A stretch of DNA of 64,000 nt from Balanoglossus misakiensis. Its lineage: Eukaryota; Animalia; Hemichordata. The stretch spans positions 15,259,903 to 15,323,902 of the forward strand of contig CM082577.2 in assembly GCA_040954595.2 (NCBI GenBank), given 5' to 3'. The notes below the pieces were generated by a model, which was not told where the DNA came from, made no database searches, and saw only the letters and a program-made list of their open reading frames with translations. Position 1 is the first letter of the stretch. Each line of letters begins with the position of its first letter. A program made the position numbers and the translations under genes. Shown here piece by piece: positions 22,869 to 33,794 of this stretch.

Positions 22869-23533
22869 GTTCTAGTTCAATGTTTTATCCATTACAAACA
22901 AATGCGTAGACCTATTTGTTTCAGTTCAATGTTCAGGCTGTTCAGTCATTGCAATTTCTCATCTTTCAGTCCAGTGTTCTATGTTATCTGTCCTTTCAGT
23001 CACTATAATTTCTTGTCTTTCACTTTAGTGCTCTGTCCTTTTACTCTCTACAATTTCTTTCCTTTCCTCCGGCCTCGATGACTTCAGGGATGAATGACAC
23101 GCTGGTCTCACACGACTGCCATGGTATGCCGTCAGTTGCACACTGATCTGCAAAATCTCACAGTTAGCCGTTGGGGACACTGTTGCTAGGATGATCGCCT
23201 CAGGGAATGTTTTATTACTTTCATGTCGGAGCTGAAATTTAGGGTCTAGCGAGAGATGGGAAACACAGAAAATAAAAATGTCGCCCTGACACATGTGTCC
23301 GACTCTCACCACTGACACATTACATGTACGTGTAATAATTACATCACTGGTGTTGTTTTCGGCTGTTGATGTGTCTCCACAAATGTATCACCTTTACATT
23401 TTGAACATGCTAAGACGTGTGTCATGTTAGATGTGCATGTGTGTATGTGTCGTGAACAACGAATAAAAGGGGAACCAGTTTCACCGATCAACATAAACGC
23501 TTTGGGTACCGGCAACAGAGGTTCTATTCATTC

Positions 23534-24340
23534 ATGGTGGCTGTTTTAAGCTGTAAGATGACTATTCCACCCATCCTTTTCAGTCCACTTCCAAGGGACG
23601 TCGTTGTAGATATGGCGACTGAACCTACGGGCGGTGGTGACATGCCAACATCTGTTGGCGACTTCTCGCGAAGAAACCCACGTGCCAGCGTCGGTGATAA
23701 ATTTCCAATGACTTCACGTGTAGGTAAAGGCGTGGCGACTGAACCTACGGGCGGTGGTGACATGCTAACATCTGTTGGCGACTTCTCGCGAAGAAACCCA
23801 CGTGCCAGCGTCGGTGATAAATTTCCAATAACTTCACCTGTAGGTAAAGGCGTGGCGACTGAAACTGCGGGCGGCGGAGCAACTTTCAGAGGTGACATGC
23901 CAACAACTGTTGGCGACTTCTCGCGAAGAAACCCACGTGCCAGCGTCGGTGATAAATTTCCAATAACTTCACGTGTAGGTAAAGGCTTTGCGACTGAACC
24001 TACGGGCGGCGGAGTTCCTTCCAGAGGTGACATGCCGACAACTGAAATGCAGAAGATTGATCCGGGCGTGAAACGCAAAGCAGATGTTGTTGAAGATAAT
24101 TATGAGAGCGATACTGACGAAGATAGTGGTATCAGCAGCTACACAGATAGTTCACCGGAGATGGTTGACCTAAGATGCTTCGCACATTTGAAGAGGGTCT
24201 ACGGCCATTCTGACACTGGTGAACCGAAAGCAAGTACAAGCCAACATCCTGTAGTGGTCGAATCACCTAAGCGCAAATTTAACACCGTAGGTGAATGCGA
24301 CAGAAAGTGCCGTAAGAAGCGAAATAATCCACGAGATTAG
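23534..24340 (+). CDS. Low-complexity repeat protein with basic C-terminal NLS-like motifs
   Basis: 268 aa; 40/45-aa tandem repeats, acidic/Ser patch, SPKRK and KCRKKR; AATAAA at ~24376. Confidence 0.65.
   Translation: MVAVLSCKMTIPPILFSPLPRDVVVDMATEPTGGGDMPTSVGDFSRRNPRASVGDKFPMTSRVGKGVATEPTGGGDMLTSVGDFSRRNPRASVGDKFPITSPVGKGVATETAGGGATFRGDMPTTVGDFSRRNPRASVGDKFPITSRVGKGFATEPTGGGVPSRGDMPTTEMQKIDPGVKRKADVVEDNYESDTDEDSGISSYTDSSPEMVDLRCFAHLKRVYGHSDTGEPKASTSQHPVVVESPKRKFNTVGECDRKCRKKRNNPRD
23613..24043 (+). repeat. Coding tandem repeat, 120/120/135-bp units
   Basis: GCGACTGAA recurs at 23615, 23735, 23855, 23990. Confidence 0.9.
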
Positions 24341-24574
24341 CAAATGTATGTGCACAAACATATATTATGTATTTCAATAAAGATAATGCGTAAAGAGACC
24401 CTCGTGTGTGTATCTCAATAATATGTCCTGTTATAACAGATTGATAATGTATTTAAAAGTACGCTTATGCATGTACCATTATTGATATGATATCTAACAA
24501 CTTTTAAGTGTCGCCAAGTTTGCTAGTATAAGAGAGCTTTACCATACATAAACGTTCGCGTATAAGTGTGTTAT

Positions 24575-25576
24575 ATGAGAAAAACAATGTACCGGGCTAT
24601 CTCGTCACTTTTGCAAGGCTGCTCAAGGACAAAAGTCAGCGACGTGGCAAAAGTGCCACTGTCAGATAGGTGTGCGGGCAAGGTTCGGAAAAAACGCCGC
24701 AAACCCAAACATGCTACCCATAAGGACCTTGCAACGAAAATAGTAATAGAACAGACTGAAAACGAGGCTGCTCTTTCTAAAAGATACCAGGAATTATATG
24801 ATTTGTATTCTATATCGCTAGAAAAGAGCAAACGTCTAGAAAATGAGGAGATGAGATTGAAACAACAACTAGAACTAATCGGGAACACTCAACAACATTG
24901 CTGCGAGGGAGGAGAGGATGGGCCCGGTACAGATGCAGCAGGAGGGGATTCGGATTGGATGAAGAGAGTGAACCGTTTACAGCTGTCTTTAATTGACCAA
25001 CAAATGAAAGACAAACACAAAGACGAGGCCATCGGTTCTCTCCGGGAGAAATTGGACGAATTACAACGCGATCTCACTCGTCAACTATCACAAAATGAAT
25101 TGTTGCGAGCCGAACTGGAGACCACTTCTAAACGTGAAGCCTTACACAGCAGCGCAATCGATCCGGAAGTATGCTGTATGGACAAGTTGGGACATATATT
25201 TGCCCACCTGTTTCACGTTGACAAACAAGAGATATTCTCTCGAGAGATAATAAATGGCCGCCAAGTTACCCGGGGAATTTCGGAATGGTTCGCGTTTCTC
25301 ATTCACGATGGATTTAGAGACATTAACATGAAATTACGTGAAACGATCGGACCTTTACAGGCTTTTGTACAATGGACTTGCGAATACGGTCTCGCTTGCG
25401 CATTTTGCGAATATCTTAGAGACTTTCAAAAGTATAAAGAAACTCGTTATGAAAAGATGACCGGTAAAGACAGAACTGCGATGGAGAAACACAAACGAGC
25501 CAGTCACATGAAATTCATTGCCAAAATAACCGAGTGTGTGGTAGCGAACGGAGCACCTTCGACGAAAACGCGCTAA
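24575..25576 (+). CDS. Coiled-coil nuclear protein, unknown function
   Basis: ORF 24566..25576; RKKRRKPK basic patch followed by heptad-rich segments. Confidence 0.65.
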   Translation: MRKTMYRAISSLLQGCSRTKVSDVAKVPLSDRCAGKVRKKRRKPKHATHKDLATKIVIEQTENEAALSKRYQELYDLYSISLEKSKRLENEEMRLKQQLELIGNTQQHCCEGGEDGPGTDAAGGDSDWMKRVNRLQLSLIDQQMKDKHKDEAIGSLREKLDELQRDLTRQLSQNELLRAELETTSKREALHSSAIDPEVCCMDKLGHIFAHLFHVDKQEIFSREIINGRQVTRGISEWFAFLIHDGFRDINMKLRETIGPLQAFVQWTCEYGLACAFCEYLRDFQKYKETRYEKMTGKDRTAMEKHKRASHMKFIAKITECVVANGAPSTKTR

Positions 25577-25589
25577 TTAAAACTGTTTC

Positions 25590-25809
25590 AAATTCGGAAT
25601 TTGAATGGTGATCATAGTCTAAGAGTTATTCGTCATTCGCACATAATTATGGGATTTCTGAGCTCATCGCTCGTCACATATGAACGTATGAGGGCGCCAT
25701 TGCGTGGGCCTCTCTGGCAACGCGACGTGCGATGAGCTCAGAAATCCCATAATTATGTGCGAATGACGAATAACTCTTAGACTATGATCACCATTCAAAT
25801 TCCGAATTT
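25590..25809. repeat. Perfect 81-bp inverted repeat (hairpin) with 58-bp spacer
   Basis: 25590-25670 is the exact reverse complement of 25729-25809. Confidence 0.9.
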
Positions 25810-26436
25810 ACAGCAGAAATTTCAGTGTTCACGTTCAACTTCAGCGTGAAGCAAAAGGCTGATTGTGGAGACCAACCTCTGTGCATGGCAGGGCTGTGTG
25901 TCGTACGGCTGATACCTTCACCACAGCCGGCCCTGCTCACTCAAAATACCGGGCAAAGCTGGCGATTCCCGACCGATCTTTGGGCAGTCATTTCGACTAG
26001 AATTTCCGTCTCTGAATCAAAACTCGTGGATCGATAACCGTTACCGAGCACACCTCATCCATACGGGACGACCAAACGCTCCAAAACGCCTCACAACTTG
26101 TACAACGGCCCCTTTTTGGACTCTATGCGAGAGAAACCACGGCCATCTTGTTATAGCTTGCACACAAGTTCTGCAGTGCATTGTGGGTAAAATAATGTTT
26201 ATCAACAAAGGCTATTTCGGGACGATACCCGCCTTTTAACGGGCACATTGGTGCACATGATGTACAATTTACACTGTTTTAAATTCGACTCTTACAAGCA
26301 TCACGAACGAGTAGATAACCAAAAGAAAACCACCGACACCCGTTGCATGTCCAACCATATAAAAACAACATTTTATGTAGCACCGTTAAATTGATATTGC
26401 CTAGCCCGTCGACAGCACCATCTTCATACAGCAGTA

Positions 26437-26751
26437 ATGGATTTATCTTTAGACCAAGCCGAAACCGGCACGTGTAAATTGTGCCTTGTGCGATTGAATG
26501 GGAAAAAACAGGCCGTAGAGCATCTGAGTGGTAGGCGACATATGACAAAACTTAACATATTTCATAATGGACCGTCTCCTGCAAAATTGATGTGTTTAAC
26601 TTGTTTGGTTGAGTTTAACAGTGAAGAGAACGCCAAGCAACACTACCTCGGATCAAAACACAGACAGTTGATGTGCACCGCAGTGAGACTTAGAAATCAG
26701 TTCTGGGAATTGCGAGCTTCCTGCTGTACAATCCCGCCTGTGCTTAAATAG
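26437..26751 (+). CDS. Small protein with two JAZ/ZNF346/matrin-type (dsRNA-binding) C2H2 fingers
   Basis: CKLC-x12-HLSGRRH and CLTC-x12-HYLGSKH: Hx5H spacing with HxxG(K/R/S)xH signature. Confidence 0.8.
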   Translation: MDLSLDQAETGTCKLCLVRLNGKKQAVEHLSGRRHMTKLNIFHNGPSPAKLMCLTCLVEFNSEENAKQHYLGSKHRQLMCTAVRLRNQFWELRASCCTIPPVLK

Positions 26752-26961
26752 CGCCAAAGTTCGCTCCAAATTCATTTCATTCGCAGTTGTCGTGCTAGCA
26801 TAAACATTTATGAGTGCACAAATATAGAACCGTTATATTTGCGGCAGTCTGAAATCGTGTATCATACGAAAATCAATATAGGGCGTACAACAATATCGAA
26901 CCCTGTGAGAAAAGATACAAAAATAGTTCACCGGAGTCCAAGTTTAAACAACAAAGGCAAG

Positions 26962-27249
26962 ATGGATTGCTGTCGGCCAGACCAGAAAATCATCACAAAC
27001 ACATGCTGTCAGTGTGGTCACCTGGCGTTGTCACCATGCGAGTGTTTTTGCCAAGTGTGTGATAAATGTACGTGTATCTATCGAGATATCAGACATGGTG
27101 TTGAAGAAGGCACTCTGTGTACTTGCTGTAAAGAATTACTGTATAACTGGTGTGCGTCCTGTTGGTCACCACTATGTCCACGCCACCGTGAATATGCAGA
27201 AAATGGTTTATTTTATTGTTGGGCTTGCAGCCAGAAGATACAAATATGA
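26962..27249 (+). CDS. Small Cys-rich zinc-binding protein
   Basis: ORF 26839..27249, ATG 26962 (MDCC); CCQC, CQVC, CTCC, CASC, CPRH, CWAC; similar in style to the tail of 6372..7628. Confidence 0.6.
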   Translation: MDCCRPDQKIITNTCCQCGHLALSPCECFCQVCDKCTCIYRDIRHGVEEGTLCTCCKELLYNWCASCWSPLCPRHREYAENGLFYCWACSQKIQI

Positions 27250-27931
27250 TCATCGTCTTAAAGTATGAGTAGTATAAATAAACACGACGTATCATATATT
27301 AAATGTGTAATGTGTTCATATAACTCTCACCAATGAGTCCGCCACAATTACACATCCAACACATTCAATACCCACTGTGTAAACTCGCCGGTGTTTTGTG
27401 TATACGAACGGGTTAAACGTATTAAAGGTAAATGAGCTTAACCTGGATAAAAATATTAAAGTGTTAAATAACCTCATATATGCTTTTAATTATGTCTATT
27501 AAATGATATTTCATGATAATATATCAAGCTCAACACTTATTTACGACAAAACGGTCAAAACTAAAAGAAAGACTAAAATTCCTGCAATTTTTTTTAAAAA
27601 GGTGCAATATTGCAATGAAAAGGGATTAAGATATAATGTCTCAGCGATGTACATTTGCTTCCATGATCTCTAGTGGATGAGATCATGTCTGTTTATGAAG
27701 TTTGAATATTTAATTATTGCAAACATGTATACCATTGCACCTGCAGAGTGTAGTAGCATTATATACATAGTCAATCAAAGAAAAAAATACGCCGAATTGG
27801 TTAATTTCATATCGCTTGTTTATTTTTATTTGTTTTCTACACACACAAAAAGCACACTCATATTTTGCCAATAACAACTGCTTAGATGAGTTTCCACAGA
27901 CCCGTGTTCATTCTATCGCGACGTGCTAAAA

Positions 27932-30900
27932 TTAGTGGTTTAACCGCGCGCGTTTTCTCACAGGTTGCGGGTGTACCTGTTCAGACGTCACCTTGTCCGA
28001 TCCCCATCCAAACGCTCTATATTTGTCACGTCTGACAATCACTCTTTCAGCTATCATGCGGTTAAGTTCGGCCAAGAATACAGTCACGCTTTCACATTTT
28101 GTTTCAAGATGCTTGATAGTCGAGTCCGCAACAAGACTCACGTATGCCTTTCTTTTTGACACGTGACCATTTTCGAGGACTATGCGATCCGCTTCGTGTT
28201 CAGCCAACCAGTGCCCTACGACATCACCTCGGATAGCAACAATAGTCGGGTTATCGGAACTCGCGTGTTTGTAAGGATTAGTGCATGAATATTGTGGGAG
28301 TTGTCCGCCAATTCTATCCACAAAATCGTCCATACTGAGCGTGTCAAACATATACAGAGGATTACTTGCTTGGAACTCCTTTGTCCTATCCACATACACA
28401 ATACTCTTCCGGTCTGTCATGTTGGAGAATATGGTTTTCTCTATGACATTTTTTATGATGGATTCTCTCGAATTGGCTATGAGCCGAACGTCTATTTTAT
28501 TGAGGCACAAGAGACTGACATAAGCCTCTGTGGTCGACGTCGTCCCAGAAAAATGTAAACAGCGCATGGAAGTGTCCACGGTTGTCTCCACATTATAAAA
28601 GTCGGCAGGTAGTACATCTGTCTGGATACAGAAGTAATCATTGATACATTCTTTCTCTAATGCGCATTGTCTGCGGACACGCGCAACTCTTGGCAATAAA
28701 TCGTACATAGGGCAGAAAATAGACCAATGAATTGCACTATATCCGGGTTTGTTCAGAGTCCGGACTAGGACTGTCGATCCGTGTGTTTTGCTTTCTAATG
28801 TTCGGAATGCCATTTGCTGCAATAGACGCAAAGTCCCTGGATTGCCAAACGTGATTAACAGGAATCCATCATCAGTAACATTCGGAGACGACCCATCAAA
28901 ACTTCGAAGCGTTTCAAGAACTTTATAATGCAAGTACCTCAAACGCGTTTCGTACAAATCACAGCTTGCCTCCACCCTTATAGAACAATTAGGCATACTC
29001 GTGCCATCTTCCTCACTGGGGTCAAATTGGGCTGACGTGTAATGAAAATTTTCCAAATCCTCCCCAGAACAATCCTTAGTGTGAGCTCTTGATGGTGTCA
29101 GATAATGCAGAAATGCAATTGCTCTCGAGGCATTATCATTCACCCATAGTTCGACCATACTGTCCGCAACGACTGCGTCTGAGATATCACCTTGGTCAAT
29201 GATCGAAAATAGTTTCGCGGACAAAGTTGACATTTTTTCGCTATGCTCGCTGACAAACACTTCGGCCGCGTACGGTGCAAGAAACAATAACCGTTGACAC
29301 ACCTGTTTACCTCGACTTACATTACGACCGTCGTTACCTCCATCGGTCACTACCTTGTATACTTGCTTACCTTTGAATTTCATGTTGCTCATGGACACCA
29401 GAGCATCTCTGCATCTCTTATTAGCGAGACCCGTAGTTCGTTCTAATTTTTGGATAAAGATTTCCTCGTTTGTGAAACATAACCGAAAATAAGTGCAGCC
29501 GTTGTCAATTTCTGTATCCTTTGTTGGGTCAATAGCATTCGCATCTGTAACTAGGAATTTGGCTACCATCCGATCCTGTTGCAAAAATTGATAATGAATT
29601 GAAAATGCCGTAATAACATCCGCTGGGTCTGGCGTCTTTTCTATGCAAACTTCGTCGTGTATCTCGTGCGCCGGGGTTTTGCCGAGATGATCGACGTGTG
29701 CTTTCACTATCTTATCGAATTGCAATTGATCGAACAACTCTTTTCGTTCATTTACTTCTAATGATAGGTTTTGCCAAACCTCGATCGAGGGACAACCATA
29801 GACTTTAACAATTGCGAATATTTCTGCCAAGACGATCGCCATTTCGAAAATTCTACCTCTACTTCTCATGTCATTTCTTAGGCCATAGAGAATACCCAAA
29901 TCTTCGCATACATCAGCTAATCTATTCCAAGTTACGATCATCGCCCTGTAGTCTATCGGGTGTTCGTTTAAGGTCCTCCGTGGAAATAACCCTACCTCTT
30001 CGATACGAGCATTCTCCATAATGAGGTGCCGTATTGCCCCATAGAGTTGCGGGATACACAACTCTTCTACTTTGAATTCTAGAGTATCCGCCTCGGAGGG
30101 GACTACGGTCGCGTTATGTTGTGGCACATCAAAAGTGACCATCCGACTGTCTAGTGACTGACAAATGTTTTTTTCGTTGGCCGCCATAAAGACTGCATAG
30201 TCGCAGATGTTATTCGTTTCTACGTTGATGTGTGAGGTGTGCCCTGTAACGGGATTGGTGACAGACTCAACTCTCATGGAACGCGTAATACCAGAGTCTA
30301 ACTGTTCTTTCATCGTGGCACTCTCGGCCGATTGTTCAGATAAGAGGGGATTGTTTCGATCATTCGAGGAGCCAACCACAAACTCAGGATTGAAGCATAC
30401 CTTTTTGGACAAATCTCTACTTTGCGGTACAAGGCATGACTTTTTCGAGCGGTAATTGATCACAAAAGAGTAATCCTTTCCGATTATTGCCTGTGCTACA
30501 GCCATAAGCCTCGACTTACCGGCGCCAGGTGGACCGAGAAACAGCCCATGAAATGACATGGACTTGTGAGGTTTAAGTTGCTTAATTCCAGACAGTAATA
30601 TGTATAGTACTTCGACGATTGTATGGCGCGTGCCAGTTGCGGTGGAAATCAACTGCAAGAAATTGAATAGGAACTGATATCCAATGTTTAAAGAGCGATC
30701 TCGATCGTATATGATGGGTATCCATTTTCCTGTCTTTTTAGATGACATGGCATTGAGACATCGCGACGCAAAGCCAGAAGTGGGATCGAACCATTTGACG
30801 CTATCCCTATACGAATTTTGGATGGCCTCGGCGATTTGTAATCGACCTGACTGATGGAGACTCATGTATATTGCGTAGTAGGACGATTTGAGTCTTTCTT

Positions 30901-32227
30901 GCGAGTACGATTCCGGGGTACATCCTAAGGATTCCAAGACTGTTTTTACTGTGACGATGCCATTATTTTTGACTCTATATGCAGTATCTGAAAACTGATC
31001 GTTCAAATTGTCGGGCGTTACTGCGTAAAGATGCGTGATCGATTTGGATTCTTTCGTTTCGTTGTCTGTCATGCTAGCAACAAGTGCCTGCGTAGAACGG
31101 AAAGGTCTGAGAGAGGGGAAGTAATGTTCCAAAAAATATGTGGGTTGCCACATCTCAACGCCCAATTCCCATGTAGGAAATTGTAACATTTCTTTGGCTG
31201 CCTGCCAATGTGGGTGTATCTTCAACCGCACATCCATATCGTCGGCTGGCGTGTCATATTCCTCTTCGTCGCTGTCACAACCATTTCCGTCTATTAACAA
31301 CCGTAGGCGCGCGTCTGCTTGACAATCACTTTCTACCCGTAGTTGAGTGACCAACTGTGCTATGTCTCTGTTTCGCCCAAACCGACGCGTTGAATAATTC
31401 AGAAGGTAATCGGGAGACAGCAATTGTTCTCTCCGTGCCCACGCAGACGTTGTGTCGGTTTCACGCAATTTGCTGGTCATCTCCGATATGCTGTTCAAAT
31501 TTTCGTCGGTGAACCTGAAAAAATGATAGAGCTCAATGGCTTTGTCAAAGTCACTCAGGCGATAGATTTTCGGCATCTTCTTGGCTGCTTCTGAAATATC
31601 TCTTACTTTAGTCAATCGCTTAGTACCTGACCCTGTCTCCATATCAAATAAAGCCATACACAACGGATCTTGTGTCATCTTTTTGCATACCATGTCTTTC
31701 ATGTCATCATACTCGAAAGGGTTCATATCACAGTCCTCGACACTTTCGTGCTTACTTTGCTGTTTAATATAGAATGGTTGTATATCCAATGGAATAAAGT
31801 CAGACTGTAGCATCTGATGATACATCCGATAAGAATTGGATATCATCAACATATCCTCCACTACACAACGCAATGTTCCCCCTTTCTGATTGGCGTGAAT
31901 ATCTTCATAGACTAACCAGAAAATATAACTATAAGGGTCTAAATTATTCACCACCACTCCAGTTCCGCAGATATCAACGATTGAACACGCGATAAACGCT
32001 TTTCCACCGAGACACTTTACGTGGTTTCCGATACGAAATAACGTCTGAAGTAGTGTATATATATACGGATTACAACCAAGGAGTGATTTATTGGGGCATT
32101 CCAAATCAGCCAGTTCTACAACTAGGCACTTTGTTGAGATCCCAATCCATTTTGTCCACTCCAGTTGTTCAGGTTTCTTGATCAACCGAGTCGGCCGTAT
32201 TTCACAGGGCAATAGCCTCTTTTCCAT
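27932..32227 (-). CDS. Large AAA+ (MCM-like) ATPase, putative replicative helicase
   Basis: 1431 aa; Walker A GLFLGPPGAGKS, divergent Walker B VCFNPEF, MKEQLDSG (cf. MCM LHEAMEQQ), sensor-1 FMAANE, Arg finger SLDSRM (cf. ALLSRF); C-terminal RKRAR. Confidence 0.7.
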   Translation of the reverse strand: MEKRLLPCEIRPTRLIKKPEQLEWTKWIGISTKCLVVELADLECPNKSLLGCNPYIYTLLQTLFRIGNHVKCLGGKAFIACSIVDICGTGVVVNNLDPYSYIFWLVYEDIHANQKGGTLRCVVEDMLMISNSYRMYHQMLQSDFIPLDIQPFYIKQQSKHESVEDCDMNPFEYDDMKDMVCKKMTQDPLCMALFDMETGSGTKRLTKVRDISEAAKKMPKIYRLSDFDKAIELYHFFRFTDENLNSISEMTSKLRETDTTSAWARREQLLSPDYLLNYSTRRFGRNRDIAQLVTQLRVESDCQADARLRLLIDGNGCDSDEEEYDTPADDMDVRLKIHPHWQAAKEMLQFPTWELGVEMWQPTYFLEHYFPSLRPFRSTQALVASMTDNETKESKSITHLYAVTPDNLNDQFSDTAYRVKNNGIVTVKTVLESLGCTPESYSQERLKSSYYAIYMSLHQSGRLQIAEAIQNSYRDSVKWFDPTSGFASRCLNAMSSKKTGKWIPIIYDRDRSLNIGYQFLFNFLQLISTATGTRHTIVEVLYILLSGIKQLKPHKSMSFHGLFLGPPGAGKSRLMAVAQAIIGKDYSFVINYRSKKSCLVPQSRDLSKKVCFNPEFVVGSSNDRNNPLLSEQSAESATMKEQLDSGITRSMRVESVTNPVTGHTSHINVETNNICDYAVFMAANEKNICQSLDSRMVTFDVPQHNATVVPSEADTLEFKVEELCIPQLYGAIRHLIMENARIEEVGLFPRRTLNEHPIDYRAMIVTWNRLADVCEDLGILYGLRNDMRSRGRIFEMAIVLAEIFAIVKVYGCPSIEVWQNLSLEVNERKELFDQLQFDKIVKAHVDHLGKTPAHEIHDEVCIEKTPDPADVITAFSIHYQFLQQDRMVAKFLVTDANAIDPTKDTEIDNGCTYFRLCFTNEEIFIQKLERTTGLANKRCRDALVSMSNMKFKGKQVYKVVTDGGNDGRNVSRGKQVCQRLLFLAPYAAEVFVSEHSEKMSTLSAKLFSIIDQGDISDAVVADSMVELWVNDNASRAIAFLHYLTPSRAHTKDCSGEDLENFHYTSAQFDPSEEDGTSMPNCSIRVEASCDLYETRLRYLHYKVLETLRSFDGSSPNVTDDGFLLITFGNPGTLRLLQQMAFRTLESKTHGSTVLVRTLNKPGYSAIHWSIFCPMYDLLPRVARVRRQCALEKECINDYFCIQTDVLPADFYNVETTVDTSMRCLHFSGTTSTTEAYVSLLCLNKIDVRLIANSRESIIKNVIEKTIFSNMTDRKSIVYVDRTKEFQASNPLYMFDTLSMDDFVDRIGGQLPQYSCTNPYKHASSDNPTIVAIRGDVVGHWLAEHEADRIVLENGHVSKRKAYVSLVADSTIKHLETKCESVTVFLAELNRMIAERVIVRRDKYRAFGWGSDKVTSEQVHPQPVRKRARLNH

Positions 32228-32339
32228 GCTGATGAGCGATTGTCACTTGACTATTGGTGAACAAACATTTATAATCGATCAAGGAAATGGCGCGGTAAAT
32301 AACCATACACATTCGTCTTTTGTTTGCGTCTGCTAAGTC

Positions 32340-33794
32340 ATGGCATGGACAAAAACTCTGGCAACGTCTGTGTATACGCCAATCGAGTGCTCTGACCCAG
32401 TACAAATCAACGAGTTTCAGTTTAATGGGCGGGCCACTAGACAAAAAGTCAGGTATATGAACTCATGTAATGTACAGCTGCGAGAACGTGCCCCAAAACA
32501 ATTGGAATTTGCCCAGAGTTATGCCTTGATGGAACCCCCACCTACATCGAGTAATTTGGGGGATTGGTTATGCCTAGGTCTGGATACACCGCGAGAGATT
32601 ATGATTGTAGCTTCTTCGGTGGCACCTTCGTCAGATAGTGCCTCCAGCGCAAGACAGTATACTCTGTTTACGACGTCGGAATTGGATAGCGCGGTTCATC
32701 TACAATTATTTCCTGACTATAGTGAAGTATTTAATTCGAAACTGGTTGTTACATGCATCCCAATCGATGTTGACTCTGACACGAATCGTGGTGAAAATGT
32801 ATTAAAGTCTATGCTTTCATACGTAAGACTGTTTATGCAACAGGAAATGAAGCAGATAAGTCGAGAGAGTCTACCGAACCTAAGTGATTGGCCTATGTAT
32901 GTGTACATGAGCGACACAACCGACAAACTGTCTCTTCATTTATACCAACATCTTCCTTGTAATATAGTCTTTGCTAATATATCTGAAGTTAAGACATTTA
33001 TTGACAACGTAAAAAGGCGCATCGCTGATCACAGCCAAGCGCGTAGTATTCTTGGAGAAGAGTACATACAGTACCAGGGTGAAAAATGCATCCGAAACAT
33101 TCACACAGGTAAATTTGAACGGGGTGGCGAAACATCCATACACACAGTCCCCTTTGGTACTCGAGTGTATTATCAGGAATTTATTGACAGTGGTATATAC
33201 TGCCCGAACAAAAGCCTTCGACTGCCGTTTTGTTACAAGAAAAACACGGCTGGAGATGACCCTCACAAGCGACTAATGCCCTTGACTGTTTTGTGCAATA
33301 TACACAGCAATGTCCGCCAAGATCAGGTTTACAAGGTCACTACAGCCCTGGTCCACTATCCACACGATACAAGTGCATTAGCGGGCGCGAATGATCTGTC
33401 TGAACTTAAGTATACAACGACTTCGTGGCAAAAGGAAGGAGTATGGGTCCCCAGCAACATACACATTAGTGTAGAAGAAGAAAGAACATTAGTTCATCAA
33501 ATCATTTCGTTTTTACGGAAGGAATTTTCACTGAACATACATACCTGGACAGCTCATTTCAAGTCGGGAAGATATCTCTATTTTGATACCAACAACACAT
33601 TCTGTCCTCGGGTGAACTACTCTCACAAACAAGCTAAACAGTATTTTAAATGGGATCACTGCACACAAACGCTGACTCAACAGTGTTGGGCATCCAAATG
33701 TGAAAATATACCATTAATAGGCGACGTTTGTAAAAAGTTTACAGTGCGAACAAGAGATACACCTTCTCGCAGGAAACGAAAACTAGCACCATAG
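32340..33794 (+). CDS. AEP primase, herpes UL52/UL70-PrimPol type
   Basis: 484 aa; IDVD (DxD), KLSLHLY (SxH), FIDSGIYCPNKSLRLP, C-terminal Zn finger C..H...CWASKC. Confidence 0.85.
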   Translation: MAWTKTLATSVYTPIECSDPVQINEFQFNGRATRQKVRYMNSCNVQLRERAPKQLEFAQSYALMEPPPTSSNLGDWLCLGLDTPREIMIVASSVAPSSDSASSARQYTLFTTSELDSAVHLQLFPDYSEVFNSKLVVTCIPIDVDSDTNRGENVLKSMLSYVRLFMQQEMKQISRESLPNLSDWPMYVYMSDTTDKLSLHLYQHLPCNIVFANISEVKTFIDNVKRRIADHSQARSILGEEYIQYQGEKCIRNIHTGKFERGGETSIHTVPFGTRVYYQEFIDSGIYCPNKSLRLPFCYKKNTAGDDPHKRLMPLTVLCNIHSNVRQDQVYKVTTALVHYPHDTSALAGANDLSELKYTTTSWQKEGVWVPSNIHISVEEERTLVHQIISFLRKEFSLNIHTWTAHFKSGRYLYFDTNNTFCPRVNYSHKQAKQYFKWDHCTQTLTQQCWASKCENIPLIGDVCKKFTVRTRDTPSRRKRKLAP

